Positions 9,921-20,276 are shown, numbered from the stretch's first letter. The stretch is 64,000 nt of DNA from Verrucomicrobiia bacterium (GCA_963664225.1 OY760937.1:1568001-1632000); one strand, 5' to 3'. Numbers and translations: made by a program. The notes: generated from the sequence alone by a model not told the origin.

Positions 9921-10207
9921 TAGCGGAGCGTTACGAGCGCCGCAGTTTGATGATTAGCAGCAATCTGGTTTTTTCCAAGTGGGATCAGATTTTCAAGGAC
10001 CCGATGACAACCATGGCGGCGGTGGACCGGTTGGTGCATCACGCGGTCATTCTGGTTTTCAACAACGAAAGCATTCGGGAAAAAGAAGCGAAAAATAAAA
10101 CTCGGGCCTAACCCGGCATGCTAACATCAAAATTAACCATGAAAACCAACAGGAGAAGTGGGGAATTATAATTGTCGTTGGTGCGGAATAATAATTGTCG
10201 TTGACCA

Positions 10208-10310
10208 ATGACCAAAGAAAACCTTGTTTTCGCCCAACTCATTTATCGTGATAGCTTGCGAGATATCGAAGCCTGTCTTCGCGCCCGGCCCAGTTTGCTC
10301 TACCAGTATG
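10208..10310 (+). pseudogene. IS4-family (DUF4372-like) transposase N-terminal remnant
   Basis: VFAQLIYRDSLRDIEACLRA resembles the FAQLTYRESLRDIEACL motif; the rest of the 255-aa ORF is antisense to minus-strand genes. Confidence 0.6.
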
Positions 10311-10339
10311 CCGACCCGGCTCAACGGTTCATCGCTCGC

Positions 10340-10514
10340 GCCAGAAAAGGCCAGCTTCAGCAACAGCTCCTGGGAATTTGTTGGGCGGCTGCGTTCTGGA
10401 ATAACAACCCGTTCGAGTGTCCACCGCCGTCAGGGGCGCGTTGGCCAGATAATGTGCGCAACCACCGGCAAACAGCGCAGCCGTCAGAGGAACAATTAAG
10501 AATCTCATTCCCAC
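10340..10514 (-). pseudogene. Truncated, frameshifted patatin-like lipoprotein 5' end
   Basis: Signal peptide and lipobox (AGGC-AHY...NAPL), then in another frame NSQELLLKLAFSG, the lead-in to the patatin SGGG motif; breaks at the IS debris. Confidence 0.5.
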
Positions 10515-10741
10515 GGCTTTTCCCCATCTACAACGAAAGGCAGCTGGTGCTCGTAATCCGCCAAGTCTCGCCCATCGCTGTTAGTCGTCGGACGCAGTGT
10601 GTCAAAATAGCTGAGCGCACACGCGGGACTGCAGAGCACTATTCTCTTCTCTTCACGAGGCACTCGACAGAACCAGATGTCCACCGCCAACTCCTTGCCA
10701 CAAGTGAAGCACTTCTGTGCGTTGCCATCCTCCAACGTCAC
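10505..10741 (-). CDS. Small Cys-rich protein, TRASH/YHS-like metal-binding
   Basis: CFTCGK...FC...LCSPAC; co-oriented with neighbours. Confidence 0.55.
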   Translation of the reverse strand: MTLEDGNAQKCFTCGKELAVDIWFCRVPREEKRIVLCSPACALSYFDTLRPTTNSDGRDLADYEHQLPFVVDGEKPWE

Positions 10742-11101
10742 AGCGTCACCTCATGCGCTATCGCCATGGGCTTTTGTTCTTTCCCGGCGGGGTGTGGTTC
10801 TGTAAACCGATGCATCGCTCTGAGTTCGGTTCTTTGGCTCTGGATTTTGCTGGTTACTCATCGAATTCGTAAGTGTCATGCAGGAGTTGCCGCGCCGTTC
10901 GCGCTTCTTGCGAGTAACGGAACGAGAAAGGTAGTCCCAACGCGCGTGGTGAGTTGCGAAGAATTCGGAGTCTAAGGGATTAATATGATTCTTCATAGAT
11001 TATTTGGACGACGAGGCTCTGGAATGTGGGTGGAAAGGGAGTCTGATCCAGAGCACTTGCCGCTCGTCACGAAAAAGTGCACTTCTTCGCCTACATCTCG
11101 G

Positions 11102-11404
11102 TCAATCCTCCAAGAAGTCTTCCCAATCGCCGACCGGCCTGGTGAAAGTGTCTCTAGCTGGCACCGCCACCAGCGCGTGCGCCACCTTTTTCACGCTTCC
11201 TGCTGGGATTGTGACAGGGAGACTGACCACAAACACTGCCGATCCAAGCAGTGCCAGGGCGCAGGTGATCGGACGCGTCACGGTCAGATCGACCACGACC
11301 GAGACCGCGTCCGCCTCCCACTCAGAGGACCCAAATACTGAGGTTGGGCTGATCATCACGAGCACTAGCACACAGATGACGGTTGGTATTAGTTTGTTCT
11401 TCAT
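11102..11404 (-). CDS. Small exported/membrane hypothetical protein
   Basis: Signal peptide, then DLTVTRP...GSAVFVVSLPV...TFTRPVGD. Confidence 0.7.
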   Translation of the reverse strand: MKNKLIPTVICVLVLVMISPTSVFGSSEWEADAVSVVVDLTVTRPITCALALLGSAVFVVSLPVTIPAGSVKKVAHALVAVPARDTFTRPVGDWEDFLED

Positions 11405-11521
11405 GCCTGTGTCTCAATGTTCAATGGGGGCTGGGCTCACAAGGCCTCGCCGATGCGGGCATAATGCAATTCCGCCATTATCTTAGGCCTGTTGATTTGT
11501 TAATTTCATCTGGAGAAAGTC

Positions 11522-12232
11522 TCAGAAGAACCAAGTCAGGCCACTGCTGAACAGAAACGAGTTAACGCCGTGATTAGGCTGGTCAATACCCGCATTGGAC
11601 AGGTGGATGTAGCGCCCATCGAATGTGAGCGCGAGATTCTTCCGCAAGACCCAGTGAAACCCGACTCCCGCCTGGAGATTGAATTCGAAAGTTGTGCTCA
11701 AGTCTGGGCGCCCAATGTCAGTTGCCGTGACACCGGCGCCGCCGTCAATAAATGGGTCCAGCCGCGAGCCTGGCAGGAAATGATAGCGCGCGACCGGCGT
11801 GAGCCCAACCAAGTAGGCGCTATCGGGGTGAAACTGTGCGCCACTCCACAATTCGCCGGCCAATTCCACATGGCGGAGAAGCGGCCTTCCCGACTCCAGC
11901 AGTTTTCCAACGTGCAGCGTAGCTGCCGTGAGATGGTGTGATTCAGCGCTGCCCATGTCACTCACACCGAAGCCTGCGCCCAGAGTGAAGCCCATGTTCC
12001 AATTTGTGGACAAGAGTGCATGCGGATCGGGAAGGGTTGGTAATGCAGGCGCGTGCTCAAGGCTTGGCATGGGCGCAAAGGGAGACGAATCTTGGGCGTG
12101 GGCGGCGCATACAAAAAGTGAGATTGCTAAAGCCAGGAATCGTTTATGGGGTCTCTGGTCGAGGCTGCTGAAAGCAGGCCGCGATCTCGGCTTTGGGGTG
12201 CGAACACTAACAAGAATGTTTGGATATTTCAT
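11522..12232 (-). CDS. Lipid A 3-O-deacylase (PagL)/acyloxyacyl hydrolase-family outer-membrane beta-barrel
   Basis: FEFNLQAGVG, YIHLSNAG catalytic H-x-S, PNHGVN, terminal Phe. Confidence 0.85.
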   Translation of the reverse strand: MKYPNILVSVRTPKPRSRPAFSSLDQRPHKRFLALAISLFVCAAHAQDSSPFAPMPSLEHAPALPTLPDPHALLSTNWNMGFTLGAGFGVSDMGSAESHHLTAATLHVGKLLESGRPLLRHVELAGELWSGAQFHPDSAYLVGLTPVARYHFLPGSRLDPFIDGGAGVTATDIGRPDLSTTFEFNLQAGVGFHWVLRKNLALTFDGRYIHLSNAGIDQPNHGVNSFLFSSGLTWFF

Positions 12233-12516
12233 GGGTTTATAGGGTTTGCCTGAGTCTTTCCTTTAATCCGGGCTGGCGTTGGATCTGTCGATCCATTGGC
12301 CTGCGTCGCATCACTTTCGCCACATACGCCAGGTCCTACGGGAAATATGTGTATGGACGCTGGAATACTTGGGCTCTTTAGGCCCAGTTCTGGCCGCAGT
12401 TCGTTCCTGTGGTTATCGTCGTCCACCGCACAGTTATTTTCATTGCCGGGCTGATCGTGCCAAAGGAAACCGCAGGCCACAGCCAGGACGATGAAAGCGA
12501 CAATCAGGATGAGCAT
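12229..12516 (-). CDS. Hypothetical protein with N-terminal membrane anchor
   Basis: MLILIVAFIVLAVACGFLW; stop overlaps the PagL-like start. Confidence 0.4.
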   Translation of the reverse strand: MLILIVAFIVLAVACGFLWHDQPGNENNCAVDDDNHRNELRPELGLKSPSIPASIHIFPVGPGVCGESDATQANGSTDPTPARIKGKTQANPINP

Positions 12517-12538
12517 AAGCGTACCGTTCTCTATGGCT

Positions 12539-12739
12539 CTACAGGTGCCAGTACCTGCTACCGACCGCTGGATAGCCGTTATTCGGGTTGTATTGCCACG
12601 GGTCAACATCTTCTTGGACTCGGGCTGAAGTGTAGCCTTTTCGCAGGACAAGCCCCGTGGCGGCACCCAGAGCCAAGTGGCCTGGCGGATACATTGCCAC
12701 GGTCATTGCCAAGTGTTGCTGGACCTCTTCACGCATCAC
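12539..12739 (-). CDS. Small hypothetical protein
   Basis: Fills the gap in a co-oriented run and overlaps the end of the upstream gene; no recognised domain. Confidence 0.3.
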   Translation of the reverse strand: MMREEVQQHLAMTVAMYPPGHLALGAATGLVLRKGYTSARVQEDVDPWQYNPNNGYPAVGSRYWHL

Positions 12740-13181
12740 AATCTCCTCTCATTGCTTTGGTTGGTTCTACTCCTGGGTGCTGAGGCACCTCGAAATGTGC
12801 GTTGTGCATTAACGGTGGGGTTCTTCGCACCCAAACCTCCGCCTTCTGGGCATCGATGAAATACGTTAGAAATGTGCCGCCTTTGCGAGCCAACTGCTCT
12901 ATCAGTCTGGCGTGCTTTGCCTGGTCCTGTCGCACAACCAGCGCAATTCGGACGCTCCGAGGCAGGCTTCGAGATAACGATTTACCAAGACCGAACACTT
13001 CGGCCCCTTTGGGGACGGATTGCATGGCAGTGACATTCACGATAATCCGGTTCCATCGTTTTGCAGCCAATAATTCCGCGACATCCTGCTGAGCCGCCGC
13101 TGTTTCGGCCAGGGACATCGTCCCATCGTGGGTAACAAACGCGCACATCGCTTCTTCAAATTGATTTATGTAATACGACAT
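12729..13181 (-). CDS. Hypothetical protein, possibly SpoIIAA/STAS-like
   Basis: RIIVNV...RIALVV...YFIDAQKAEVWV pattern. Confidence 0.6.
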   Translation of the reverse strand: MSYYINQFEEAMCAFVTHDGTMSLAETAAAQQDVAELLAAKRWNRIIVNVTAMQSVPKGAEVFGLGKSLSRSLPRSVRIALVVRQDQAKHARLIEQLARKGGTFLTYFIDAQKAEVWVRRTPPLMHNAHFEVPQHPGVEPTKAMRGDCDA

Positions 13182-13522
13182 GCAGAAGAACCTTTCATTG
13201 GATTCGTTTACGACTGGTTTGCGTGAACCAAGGAATGCTTCACATAGGTGGCTTCTGGAGAGGTTTGGCTGACAGCCGTTGGAACAACTAAATCCATCGT
13301 TCGAGAAAGTTTAGTGTGTGTCCCCCTTATCATGCGGGAAGCGGATGCTGGCGGGCTCCCGCTTGCGCGACGCATGACCACGCGTAATATTCGATGTATG
13401 GGATCCGACGTTTGGCAATGACTGTATTCCTTGGTGAGCCGAAACAGGCCACGCGTCACACCCGGCTGGAATTTTCCGTGGAAAACGATCCTCATAACTC
13501 CTGCGTCCGGTTCCCATTGCGG

Positions 13523-14077
13523 TCATTCATATCTCAATCTAGTCTGTGGGTGTGTGAGACAAGGCAGCGCGGTGCCTCGATCCCCCCAAAGGCAATCCCG
13601 AACCGCCACAAATACCCGGTTCTCCTTTCGGGCCAATTTGCGCAAAAACACTTGGGCCTTACTCTCATCACCCGGTTCATCTCCGGTGAGGTCGAAAAAT
13701 CCGACTGACGCCCGTGGTTCGCGTTCTTGAGAAAGCCAGCTTTCCGACCCGCGTTGAACATACGACGGCAAGGCCGTCGGTGTTGACTGGCAGAACACGA
13801 CCCAGTTCGCTGTGCCAACGGCCTGACTGGCAGTAGCCATTCCCAACGGCTGTGCAATACCGGCATAGGACCAGTATTTCCATTTGGGTTGTTCAGAGGG
13901 GCATACACGCTCAAAAAAGGTTGTGAGGTGCCAAACATAAGTCAGCAAGAAGGCTTCGTGATCCACAATCAGTATGCGAACCGATTGGTCGCCCTTTTGA
14001 GCCGCAAGCAATTCGAGGCTGGACGTTGGAATTCCCGGCAGCCGCTGTTCCATCCTCTTTGAATGGACCATACGCAT
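13523..14077 (-). CDS. Hypothetical protein
   Basis: Co-oriented ORF starting just after the DUF2934 stop; globular composition. Confidence 0.5.
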   Translation of the reverse strand: MRMVHSKRMEQRLPGIPTSSLELLAAQKGDQSVRILIVDHEAFLLTYVWHLTTFFERVCPSEQPKWKYWSYAGIAQPLGMATASQAVGTANWVVFCQSTPTALPSYVQRGSESWLSQEREPRASVGFFDLTGDEPGDESKAQVFLRKLARKENRVFVAVRDCLWGDRGTALPCLTHPQTRLRYE

Positions 14078-14079
14078 GG

Positions 14080-14322
14080 TTAAGTGCCTGGGTTTGAGAA
14101 ATCGGAGGCATGCTGCATTTCGGCTTTGATTTCGCGCTCCGCTTGCAGCCAATCATCCAAGTCCTGCCCCATGCCACCGCCTCTCGTCATATGGATTTCG
14201 TAGGCGCGCCGACGAATGAGGTCCCTGGGAATGGACGCGTTTGCATGGACGATCTTTGTCAACCCATCCTCACGTTCCGGGTTATTGGCGCCAGTCTTTT
14301 TATTGTTCTGCTTTTTGTTCAT
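14080..14322 (-). CDS. DUF2934 domain protein
   Basis: IRRRAYEIH..RG...G..LDDWLQAEREI signature. Confidence 0.85.
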   Translation of the reverse strand: MNKKQNNKKTGANNPEREDGLTKIVHANASIPRDLIRRRAYEIHMTRGGGMGQDLDDWLQAEREIKAEMQHASDFSNPGT

Positions 14323-14353
14323 AATGTTGCCTCGACTCAGTGTCTTTTACCGC

Positions 14354-15823
14354 TCAGTTGTTTTTTGGCTTAACTGAGGCAGAAGCCAAACTATCTGGCC
14401 CGTTGGATTGACTTTCCGTTTCCCAGCCGCCGCCCAGCACGGCGTAAAGGCTCACCTGGTTGGCGAGTTTTGCCAGACGGAGGGAAACGAGTCCCTGTTG
14501 CGCGGCATAGAGCGACCTTTGTGCATCAAGCACATTCAGATAGCTATCAATCCCCTTGTCATAGCGGGAAGTGGATAAGCGATAGGTTTTTTCCACAGCC
14601 TTGACCAGGGATTGTTGCGCATCCAGTTGCTGGCCCACCGTGCCGCGAACAGTCAGAGTGTCCGCCACTTCCCGGAAGGAATCTTGAATCGACTTTTCGT
14701 ATGAGGTCACAGCAATTTGCTGCTGCACCCTGGCGCCCCTGTGAGCAGCCCAGACCCGTGCGTCGAAAATAGGCATCACAATCTGCGGTGCGTAGCTCCA
14801 GGTGCCTGAACCGGACTTGAAGAGTCCATCCAGATCGCTGCTGGCGGTCCCCACCGCGGCAGTCAGTGAAATGCGCGGGAAAAACGCCGCGCGCGCGGCA
14901 CCAATGTTCGCATTGGCGGCCTTGAGCATGTTTTCAGCCTGGAGAACATCCGGGCGGCCAAGAAGCACCTCAGAGGTCAGCCCGGCTTGGACTTCCATGG
15001 GGGGAGCAACCGTCCCCAGCTCGGCAGGCAGCAGTTCGACCGGCACTGTGGAACCAGCCAGTAGGTTCAGGGCATTTTGGTACTGCGCCACCAATTGTGT
15101 GAAACGAGCGACATCGCCGCAGGCGGAATCCACCTGGGTTTGCGCGCGCAACAAATCCAACTCAGGTAGAAGACCGAGCGTGTAGCGCCGTTTGATCAGA
15201 TCATAAGAGCCTCGTTGAGTCTCCAGGGTGGTCTGCGCCAGTTTGAGGTTTTCCTGAACTGCAGCCAGTGTCAGATAGGTGTTGGCCACCGTGGACACGA
15301 GCAGAATCTGGGCACTGCGGCGGGCTTGTTCCGTGGCCAGATATTGCTCCAAGGCGTTGTCCTTCAGGCTGCGGATGCGTCCGAAAAAGTCGATTTCCCA
15401 CGACGCAACCCCCAGATTGGCATCATATCGCTCAATAGTCTGCCTCTTTCCAGAACTCGAGAGATCCGCAGGCACCCGTTGTTTGCTGCCGCTGCCTGTG
15501 GCATCGACCACCGGCAGGAGGTTGGCCCGTTGAATACCGTATCCCACCCGTGCCTGTTCCACATTCAAGATTGAAAGACGCAGATCACGGTTGTTCGTTA
15601 GTGCCGTCCCGATGACCTTTTGAAGCTTCGCGTCGGTGAAGAATTCCCTCCACTTGAGCTGCGAAGCAACGGTGGCGTTGGTCGCCACTGCTGACTCGTA
15701 GGCCGCACCTGTTGGCCACTCGACCGGAATTGGGGCAGTCGGCCGCACATATTTCGGGGCCATGGTGCATCCGACCAAGGCGACGGCAATTCCAACCAAC
15801 ACCGGAAGAAGTTTCTTGTTCAT
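14354..15823 (-). CDS. RND efflux outer-membrane lipoprotein (OprM/NodT family)
   Basis: Lipobox LVGC-TMAPKY, WEIDFFGR, RPDVLQAE, AAFFPRISLT, LGGGW. Confidence 0.95.
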   Translation of the reverse strand: MNKKLLPVLVGIAVALVGCTMAPKYVRPTAPIPVEWPTGAAYESAVATNATVASQLKWREFFTDAKLQKVIGTALTNNRDLRLSILNVEQARVGYGIQRANLLPVVDATGSGSKQRVPADLSSSGKRQTIERYDANLGVASWEIDFFGRIRSLKDNALEQYLATEQARRSAQILLVSTVANTYLTLAAVQENLKLAQTTLETQRGSYDLIKRRYTLGLLPELDLLRAQTQVDSACGDVARFTQLVAQYQNALNLLAGSTVPVELLPAELGTVAPPMEVQAGLTSEVLLGRPDVLQAENMLKAANANIGAARAAFFPRISLTAAVGTASSDLDGLFKSGSGTWSYAPQIVMPIFDARVWAAHRGARVQQQIAVTSYEKSIQDSFREVADTLTVRGTVGQQLDAQQSLVKAVEKTYRLSTSRYDKGIDSYLNVLDAQRSLYAAQQGLVSLRLAKLANQVSLYAVLGGGWETESQSNGPDSLASASVKPKNN

Positions 15824-18800
15824 TTATTGATTAGCAGATGGAGTTGTCGCGATGCTGTTGGCCTCTGATTGCAATTTGCGTTTACCGAAGGTTTTCTCGA
15901 TGACCACGTAGAACAACGGGGCAAATAAAATCGCGAGGAGCGTGCCGGTGATCATCCCGCCAAGCACTGAGGTGCCGATGGCATTCATAGCCCCTGCACC
16001 CGCGCCTGTGTTCAATGCCAGGGGCAGGACGCCAAACCCGAAGGCAAGCGAAGTCATGACGATGGGACGGAACCGCAGTTTGGTGGCTTCCAGCGTTGCC
16101 TCAATAAGGCCCATTCCCTGTTCAGCCCGGGCCTTGGCGAACTGGATGATGAGGATGGCATTCTTTGTGGTCAGACCCAAGGTGGTCAACAACCCGATCT
16201 GGAAATAGACGTCATTGGGCAATCCCCGCAGCGTTGAGGCGATGACGCCGCCGATGATCCCCAATGGTAGTACTAGCAGGATCGCAACGGGGATGGCCCA
16301 GCTTTCATAAAGGGCGGCGAGGCACAGAAAGATCACGAGAATGGAAAAGATGTAAAGCGGCGCCGACTGGGCGTTGGACATCCGTTCCTGGTACGAAAGC
16401 CCGGTCCAGTCATAGCCGACCCCCTGCGGCAGATTGGAGACAATCTCTTCCATGGCCTGCATCGCCTCACCCGAACTCCGGCCTGGCGCCGCCTCGCCCC
16501 AGATGTTCATGGACGGGAACCCATTGTAGCGCTCCAGTCGGGGCGAACCAGTGGTCCAGTGGCTGGAGGCAAGCGAGGCAAAGGGTGCCATCTTCCCGCT
16601 GGTATTTCGCACGTAGATTTTATTCAGATCCTCGGGCAGCATGCGGTGGTCGGTGTCCGCCTGGACAAAAACCCGTTTAACGCGGCCGCCTTGAATGAAG
16701 TTGTTGACGTAAGCACCACCGAAAGCCGCAGAGATTGTATTGTGGATCGAGGTGATGGGTGCTCCTAACGCTCCGGCTTTTTCCCAGTCCACGTCAATCC
16801 GGTATTCGGGCACATCCTCCATGCCGTTAGGCCGGACATTCACCAATCTCGGATCCAGCGCCACCATGTTCATCATTTGGTTGCGGGCGTTCAACAGGGA
16901 GGCATGACCGAGGCCGCCACGGTCCAGCAGCTGAAAATCAAATCCCTTGGCCATACCCAACTCGATAACCGACGGAGGCGGGAAGACAAACACCATGGCA
17001 CTGCGGATCTTGGACATCGCTCCCATGGCGCGTTCGGCGATGGCCTTGACCCGTAAATCCGGACGTTCACGCAGCTTCCAATCCTTCAGCTTGGCAAACA
17101 CCATGCCGTTGTTTTGTGCCCGGCCTGAGAAACCCATGCCGACAGCCGTCATGCACGATTCCACCGCCTCCTTTTCGTTTTCTTGAAAATAGCGTTGGAT
17201 TTCATCAGCAACCTCCTGGGTCTGTTCCATGGTGGCGCCTGTTGGCATGACGATCTGGGCGAATAAATTCCCCTGGTCTTCATCCGGGAGATAACTCTTG
17301 GGCATCCTGGCAAAAAGAAATCCCAGTCCTGCCACAATCAGGACGAACGCCGTGAGGTAGCGCAGTTTCCGGGCAAGCGCGTGGCCAACCAGTTTCACAT
17401 AGGCGTCCCGAAACCTGCAAAAGGCGCGATCAAACCACACGAAAAACGGACGCACAAACCAAATCGCCCCTTCTGCCGACTCGTGCCCTTTGGGCACTGG
17501 CTTGAGGAGTGTCGCGCACAACACTGGCGACAGAATCAAGGCCACGACCACGGACAGCAGCATGGCGGCGACAATGGTTACGGAAAACTGGCGATAGAGG
17601 ACGCCAGTGGATCCGCCAAAAAACGCCATGGGACCAAAGACCGCCGCGAGCACCAGACCGATGCCGATAAGGGCGGGGGTGATCTGGTCCATGGACTTGG
17701 CTGTGGCTTCCCGGGGCGAAAGCCCCTCCTCGCTCATGATCCGTTCCACGTTTTCAACGACCACGATGGCGTCATCCACCAGCAGGCCGATGGCCAGCAC
17801 CATCGCGAACATGGTTAGCATGTTGATGGAAAAGCCAAACGCTCCCAGCATTCCGAACGTGCCCAAGAGGACCACCGGCACAGCGATGGTGGGGACCAGT
17901 GTGGCGCGGATGTTCCCCATAAATAGATACATCACCACGAACACAAGCCCAATCGCCTCAAACAGGGTCTTAACGGTTTCATTGATGGCGACCTTGACGA
18001 ACGGGGTGGTGTCGTAGGGATACACGACCTTCATTCTCGGCGGGAAGTAGCGGCTCATCTCCGCCAATTTGGTCTTGATGGTATCCGCAGTCACCAGAGC
18101 GTTCGCCCCAGGTTCCATCCGGATGAGCATGCCGGCGGCAGGCTTCCCGTTGTATCTGACATCAACATCGTAGTAGTCCGTTCCCAGTTCCGTTCTCCCG
18201 ACGTCTTTGACCCGCACAATGGATCCGTCCGGATTGGTGCGCAGAGGAACGTTGGCAAACTCGTCAGGAGTCTTAAGGAGGCTCTGCACGATGATGTTGA
18301 CGTTTAATCGCTGACCTTTCCTCGCCGGTGCCCCTCCGAACTGGCCGGCGGAAACTTCCACGTTGTAGGCCCGCAGTGCCAGAACCACATCTTCGACGGT
18401 CAGGCGGTAATTGGTGAGCTTGTCCGGGTCGAGCCAGACGCGCATGGCATACTGGAAACCCAACTCCTGGATTTCACCCACACCGGGCACGCGGGCAAGA
18501 ACCTGCTCGAGTTTGGATTGAGCGTAATCCCGCAAATCGATGTCGCTCATGCTGCCGTCTTCAGAGATCAGGCCCACTGCCAGCAGGTAGTTTTTTGTGG
18601 CTTTTCCGACATCGACGCCTGTTTGCTGGACCACTTCCGGAAGGCTGGCCATGGCCGACTGGAGCTTGTTCTGCACCTTGACCCATGCAATGTCCGGATC
18701 GGTCCCAGGGGCAAAAGTCAGTTCGATCATGGAACTGCCGGCAGAATCGCTGGTGGAGGACATGTAGATCATCTTATCCAGGCCGGTCATCTTCTGTTCG

Positions 18801-18997
18801 ATGATCTGGGTAACGCTGTTCTCCACCGTCTCCGCAGAGGCTCCAGGGTAAAAGGCCACAATGCGGATGGAAGGTGGAGCGATGGCTGGATACTGGGCAA
18901 TGGGCAGGTTGTAAATGGCCAACCCGCCCAACACCATGATGACGACGGCGACAACCCACGCGAATACCGGCCGTTGCAGAAAGAATCTCGAGATCAT
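15824..18997 (-). CDS. RND efflux permease (AcrB/MexB, HAE1 family)
   Basis: 1057 aa; FF.RPVFAWV, IGLLVDDAIVVVENVER, KNAILI, RFRPIVMTS. Confidence 0.97.
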   Translation of the reverse strand: MISRFFLQRPVFAWVVAVVIMVLGGLAIYNLPIAQYPAIAPPSIRIVAFYPGASAETVENSVTQIIEQKMTGLDKMIYMSSTSDSAGSSMIELTFAPGTDPDIAWVKVQNKLQSAMASLPEVVQQTGVDVGKATKNYLLAVGLISEDGSMSDIDLRDYAQSKLEQVLARVPGVGEIQELGFQYAMRVWLDPDKLTNYRLTVEDVVLALRAYNVEVSAGQFGGAPARKGQRLNVNIIVQSLLKTPDEFANVPLRTNPDGSIVRVKDVGRTELGTDYYDVDVRYNGKPAAGMLIRMEPGANALVTADTIKTKLAEMSRYFPPRMKVVYPYDTTPFVKVAINETVKTLFEAIGLVFVVMYLFMGNIRATLVPTIAVPVVLLGTFGMLGAFGFSINMLTMFAMVLAIGLLVDDAIVVVENVERIMSEEGLSPREATAKSMDQITPALIGIGLVLAAVFGPMAFFGGSTGVLYRQFSVTIVAAMLLSVVVALILSPVLCATLLKPVPKGHESAEGAIWFVRPFFVWFDRAFCRFRDAYVKLVGHALARKLRYLTAFVLIVAGLGFLFARMPKSYLPDEDQGNLFAQIVMPTGATMEQTQEVADEIQRYFQENEKEAVESCMTAVGMGFSGRAQNNGMVFAKLKDWKLRERPDLRVKAIAERAMGAMSKIRSAMVFVFPPPSVIELGMAKGFDFQLLDRGGLGHASLLNARNQMMNMVALDPRLVNVRPNGMEDVPEYRIDVDWEKAGALGAPITSIHNTISAAFGGAYVNNFIQGGRVKRVFVQADTDHRMLPEDLNKIYVRNTSGKMAPFASLASSHWTTGSPRLERYNGFPSMNIWGEAAPGRSSGEAMQAMEEIVSNLPQGVGYDWTGLSYQERMSNAQSAPLYIFSILVIFLCLAALYESWAIPVAILLVLPLGIIGGVIASTLRGLPNDVYFQIGLLTTLGLTTKNAILIIQFAKARAEQGMGLIEATLEATKLRFRPIVMTSLAFGFGVLPLALNTGAGAGAMNAIGTSVLGGMITGTLLAILFAPLFYVVIEKTFGKRKLQSEANSIATTPSANQ

Positions 18998-19009
18998 AAA
19001 GTGTCTGTG

Positions 19010-20224
19010 TTAGTTCGATTTTGGGGCCGCTTGGGCCGCTTGGTTTAGTGGCTCTCTCTCTCTTCCTTCAGTAATGGAAGGAACTTCTTTGACCGGCATT
19101 CCGGGTCGCACACGCTGTATCCCCTCAATGATGGCCCGGTCGCCAGCAGCAAGACCTGAGCTGACGAGCCATTTGTTCCCAAGGCTCCGATCAACGGTAA
19201 GTGACCGCTGCTGAACTTTGCCGTCGGCGTCCACAAGCAGAGCCACGGGATTTCCCTTGTTATTGCGCGATACCGCCTGCTGGGGAATCAGGATGGCCTG
19301 TTCGTTAACACCTTCCTTGACCAACACCCGCACAAACATTCCCGGCAGAAGAGTTCCGTTGGGATTGGGAAAGACCATTCGCAGAATCACTGATCCTGTG
19401 GTTGGCTCCACCGAGATATCACGGAATTGGAGGGTCCCCTCCTGAGCATACGTTGTGCCGTCCTCCAAAAGAAGTTGCACCACGTTCATGTTTGTTCCGC
19501 TATGGTTGATCTGACCTTCCTTGAGGCGGCGCTTCAATCGGAGCAGGTCGGTGGTGGATTGGGGCACGTCCACATAAATAGGATCCAATTGCTGAATGGA
19601 AGCCAGCGCCGTCGGCTGATACGCCGTCACAATGGCGCCATCCGTCACTGTGGAGGTTCCGATACGGCCGGAGATTGGCGACACGACATGAGCGTATCCA
19701 AGGTTGATGCGGGCTGTCTCCACCAATGCCTGGTAATACGCAATATCGGCTTTGGCCTGTTTCAGGGCGGCGGAGACATCATCGAGATCTTGCTGGCTGA
19801 TCGCTTTGTCAGTCAGTGCTTCCTTGTAACGATCCGCCCTCGACTGAAGGGCAGGCAGGTTGGCTTCAGCCCTGCCAAGTGCAGCCTTGGCGTTGTCAAG
19901 TGCCGCCTGAAAGGGAGCAGGATCGATTTGATAAAGTTCCTGGCCGGCTTGAACGTCTGTGCCCTCAGTGAAAAGGCGCTTCTGTATGAGGCCGTTGACC
20001 TGAGGCCGGATATCAGCAATGCGATATGCAGAGGTGCGTCCAGGCAGTTCGATGGTCAGCAAGGCCTGTTGCTGGGCTACCGTCACCGTTGTCACCTCTG
20101 GTACTCGGGGTGGCGGAGCTTGGACCTGGCGATTGCAGGCGGTCATGGAAAGCCCGCACAAGAGGGCTGGCAGAATTGTTTTCCATCTTACAAAATTTTC
20201 AGGAGTCTGGTTATTAAGTTGCAT
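19010..20224 (-). CDS. RND periplasmic adaptor (AcrA/MexA family)
   Basis: Lipoprotein signal, ELPGRT, IRPQVNG, SPISGRIG, LLPGMFVR. Confidence 0.95.
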   Translation of the reverse strand: MQLNNQTPENFVRWKTILPALLCGLSMTACNRQVQAPPPRVPEVTTVTVAQQQALLTIELPGRTSAYRIADIRPQVNGLIQKRLFTEGTDVQAGQELYQIDPAPFQAALDNAKAALGRAEANLPALQSRADRYKEALTDKAISQQDLDDVSAALKQAKADIAYYQALVETARINLGYAHVVSPISGRIGTSTVTDGAIVTAYQPTALASIQQLDPIYVDVPQSTTDLLRLKRRLKEGQINHSGTNMNVVQLLLEDGTTYAQEGTLQFRDISVEPTTGSVILRMVFPNPNGTLLPGMFVRVLVKEGVNEQAILIPQQAVSRNNKGNPVALLVDADGKVQQRSLTVDRSLGNKWLVSSGLAAGDRAIIEGIQRVRPGMPVKEVPSITEGREREPLNQAAQAAPKSN

Positions 20225-20276
20225 TACAATTTAACAGCTTGTTGTCAATGAGTGGGGTACGGTTTCGAGTTGAGCG

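Larger units (their letters stand above)
8652..10207 (+). mobile_element. istB: Second, different IS21-family right-end remnant: istB 3' half (8652-10111) interrupted by IS630, with terminal repeats
   Basis: After removing IS630 the frame reads LDDLGYVQQDREEMEVLFTFLAERYERRSLMISSNLVFSKWDQIFKDPMTTMAAVDRLVHH...; two GGAATWATAATTGTCGTTG repeats, ending TGACCA at 10207. Confidence 0.85.

Noticed and set aside
10208..10975. 255-aa ORF as an intact transposase
   Set aside because: Only about the first 33 codons resemble an IS4 transposase; the rest is antisense to small minus-strand genes
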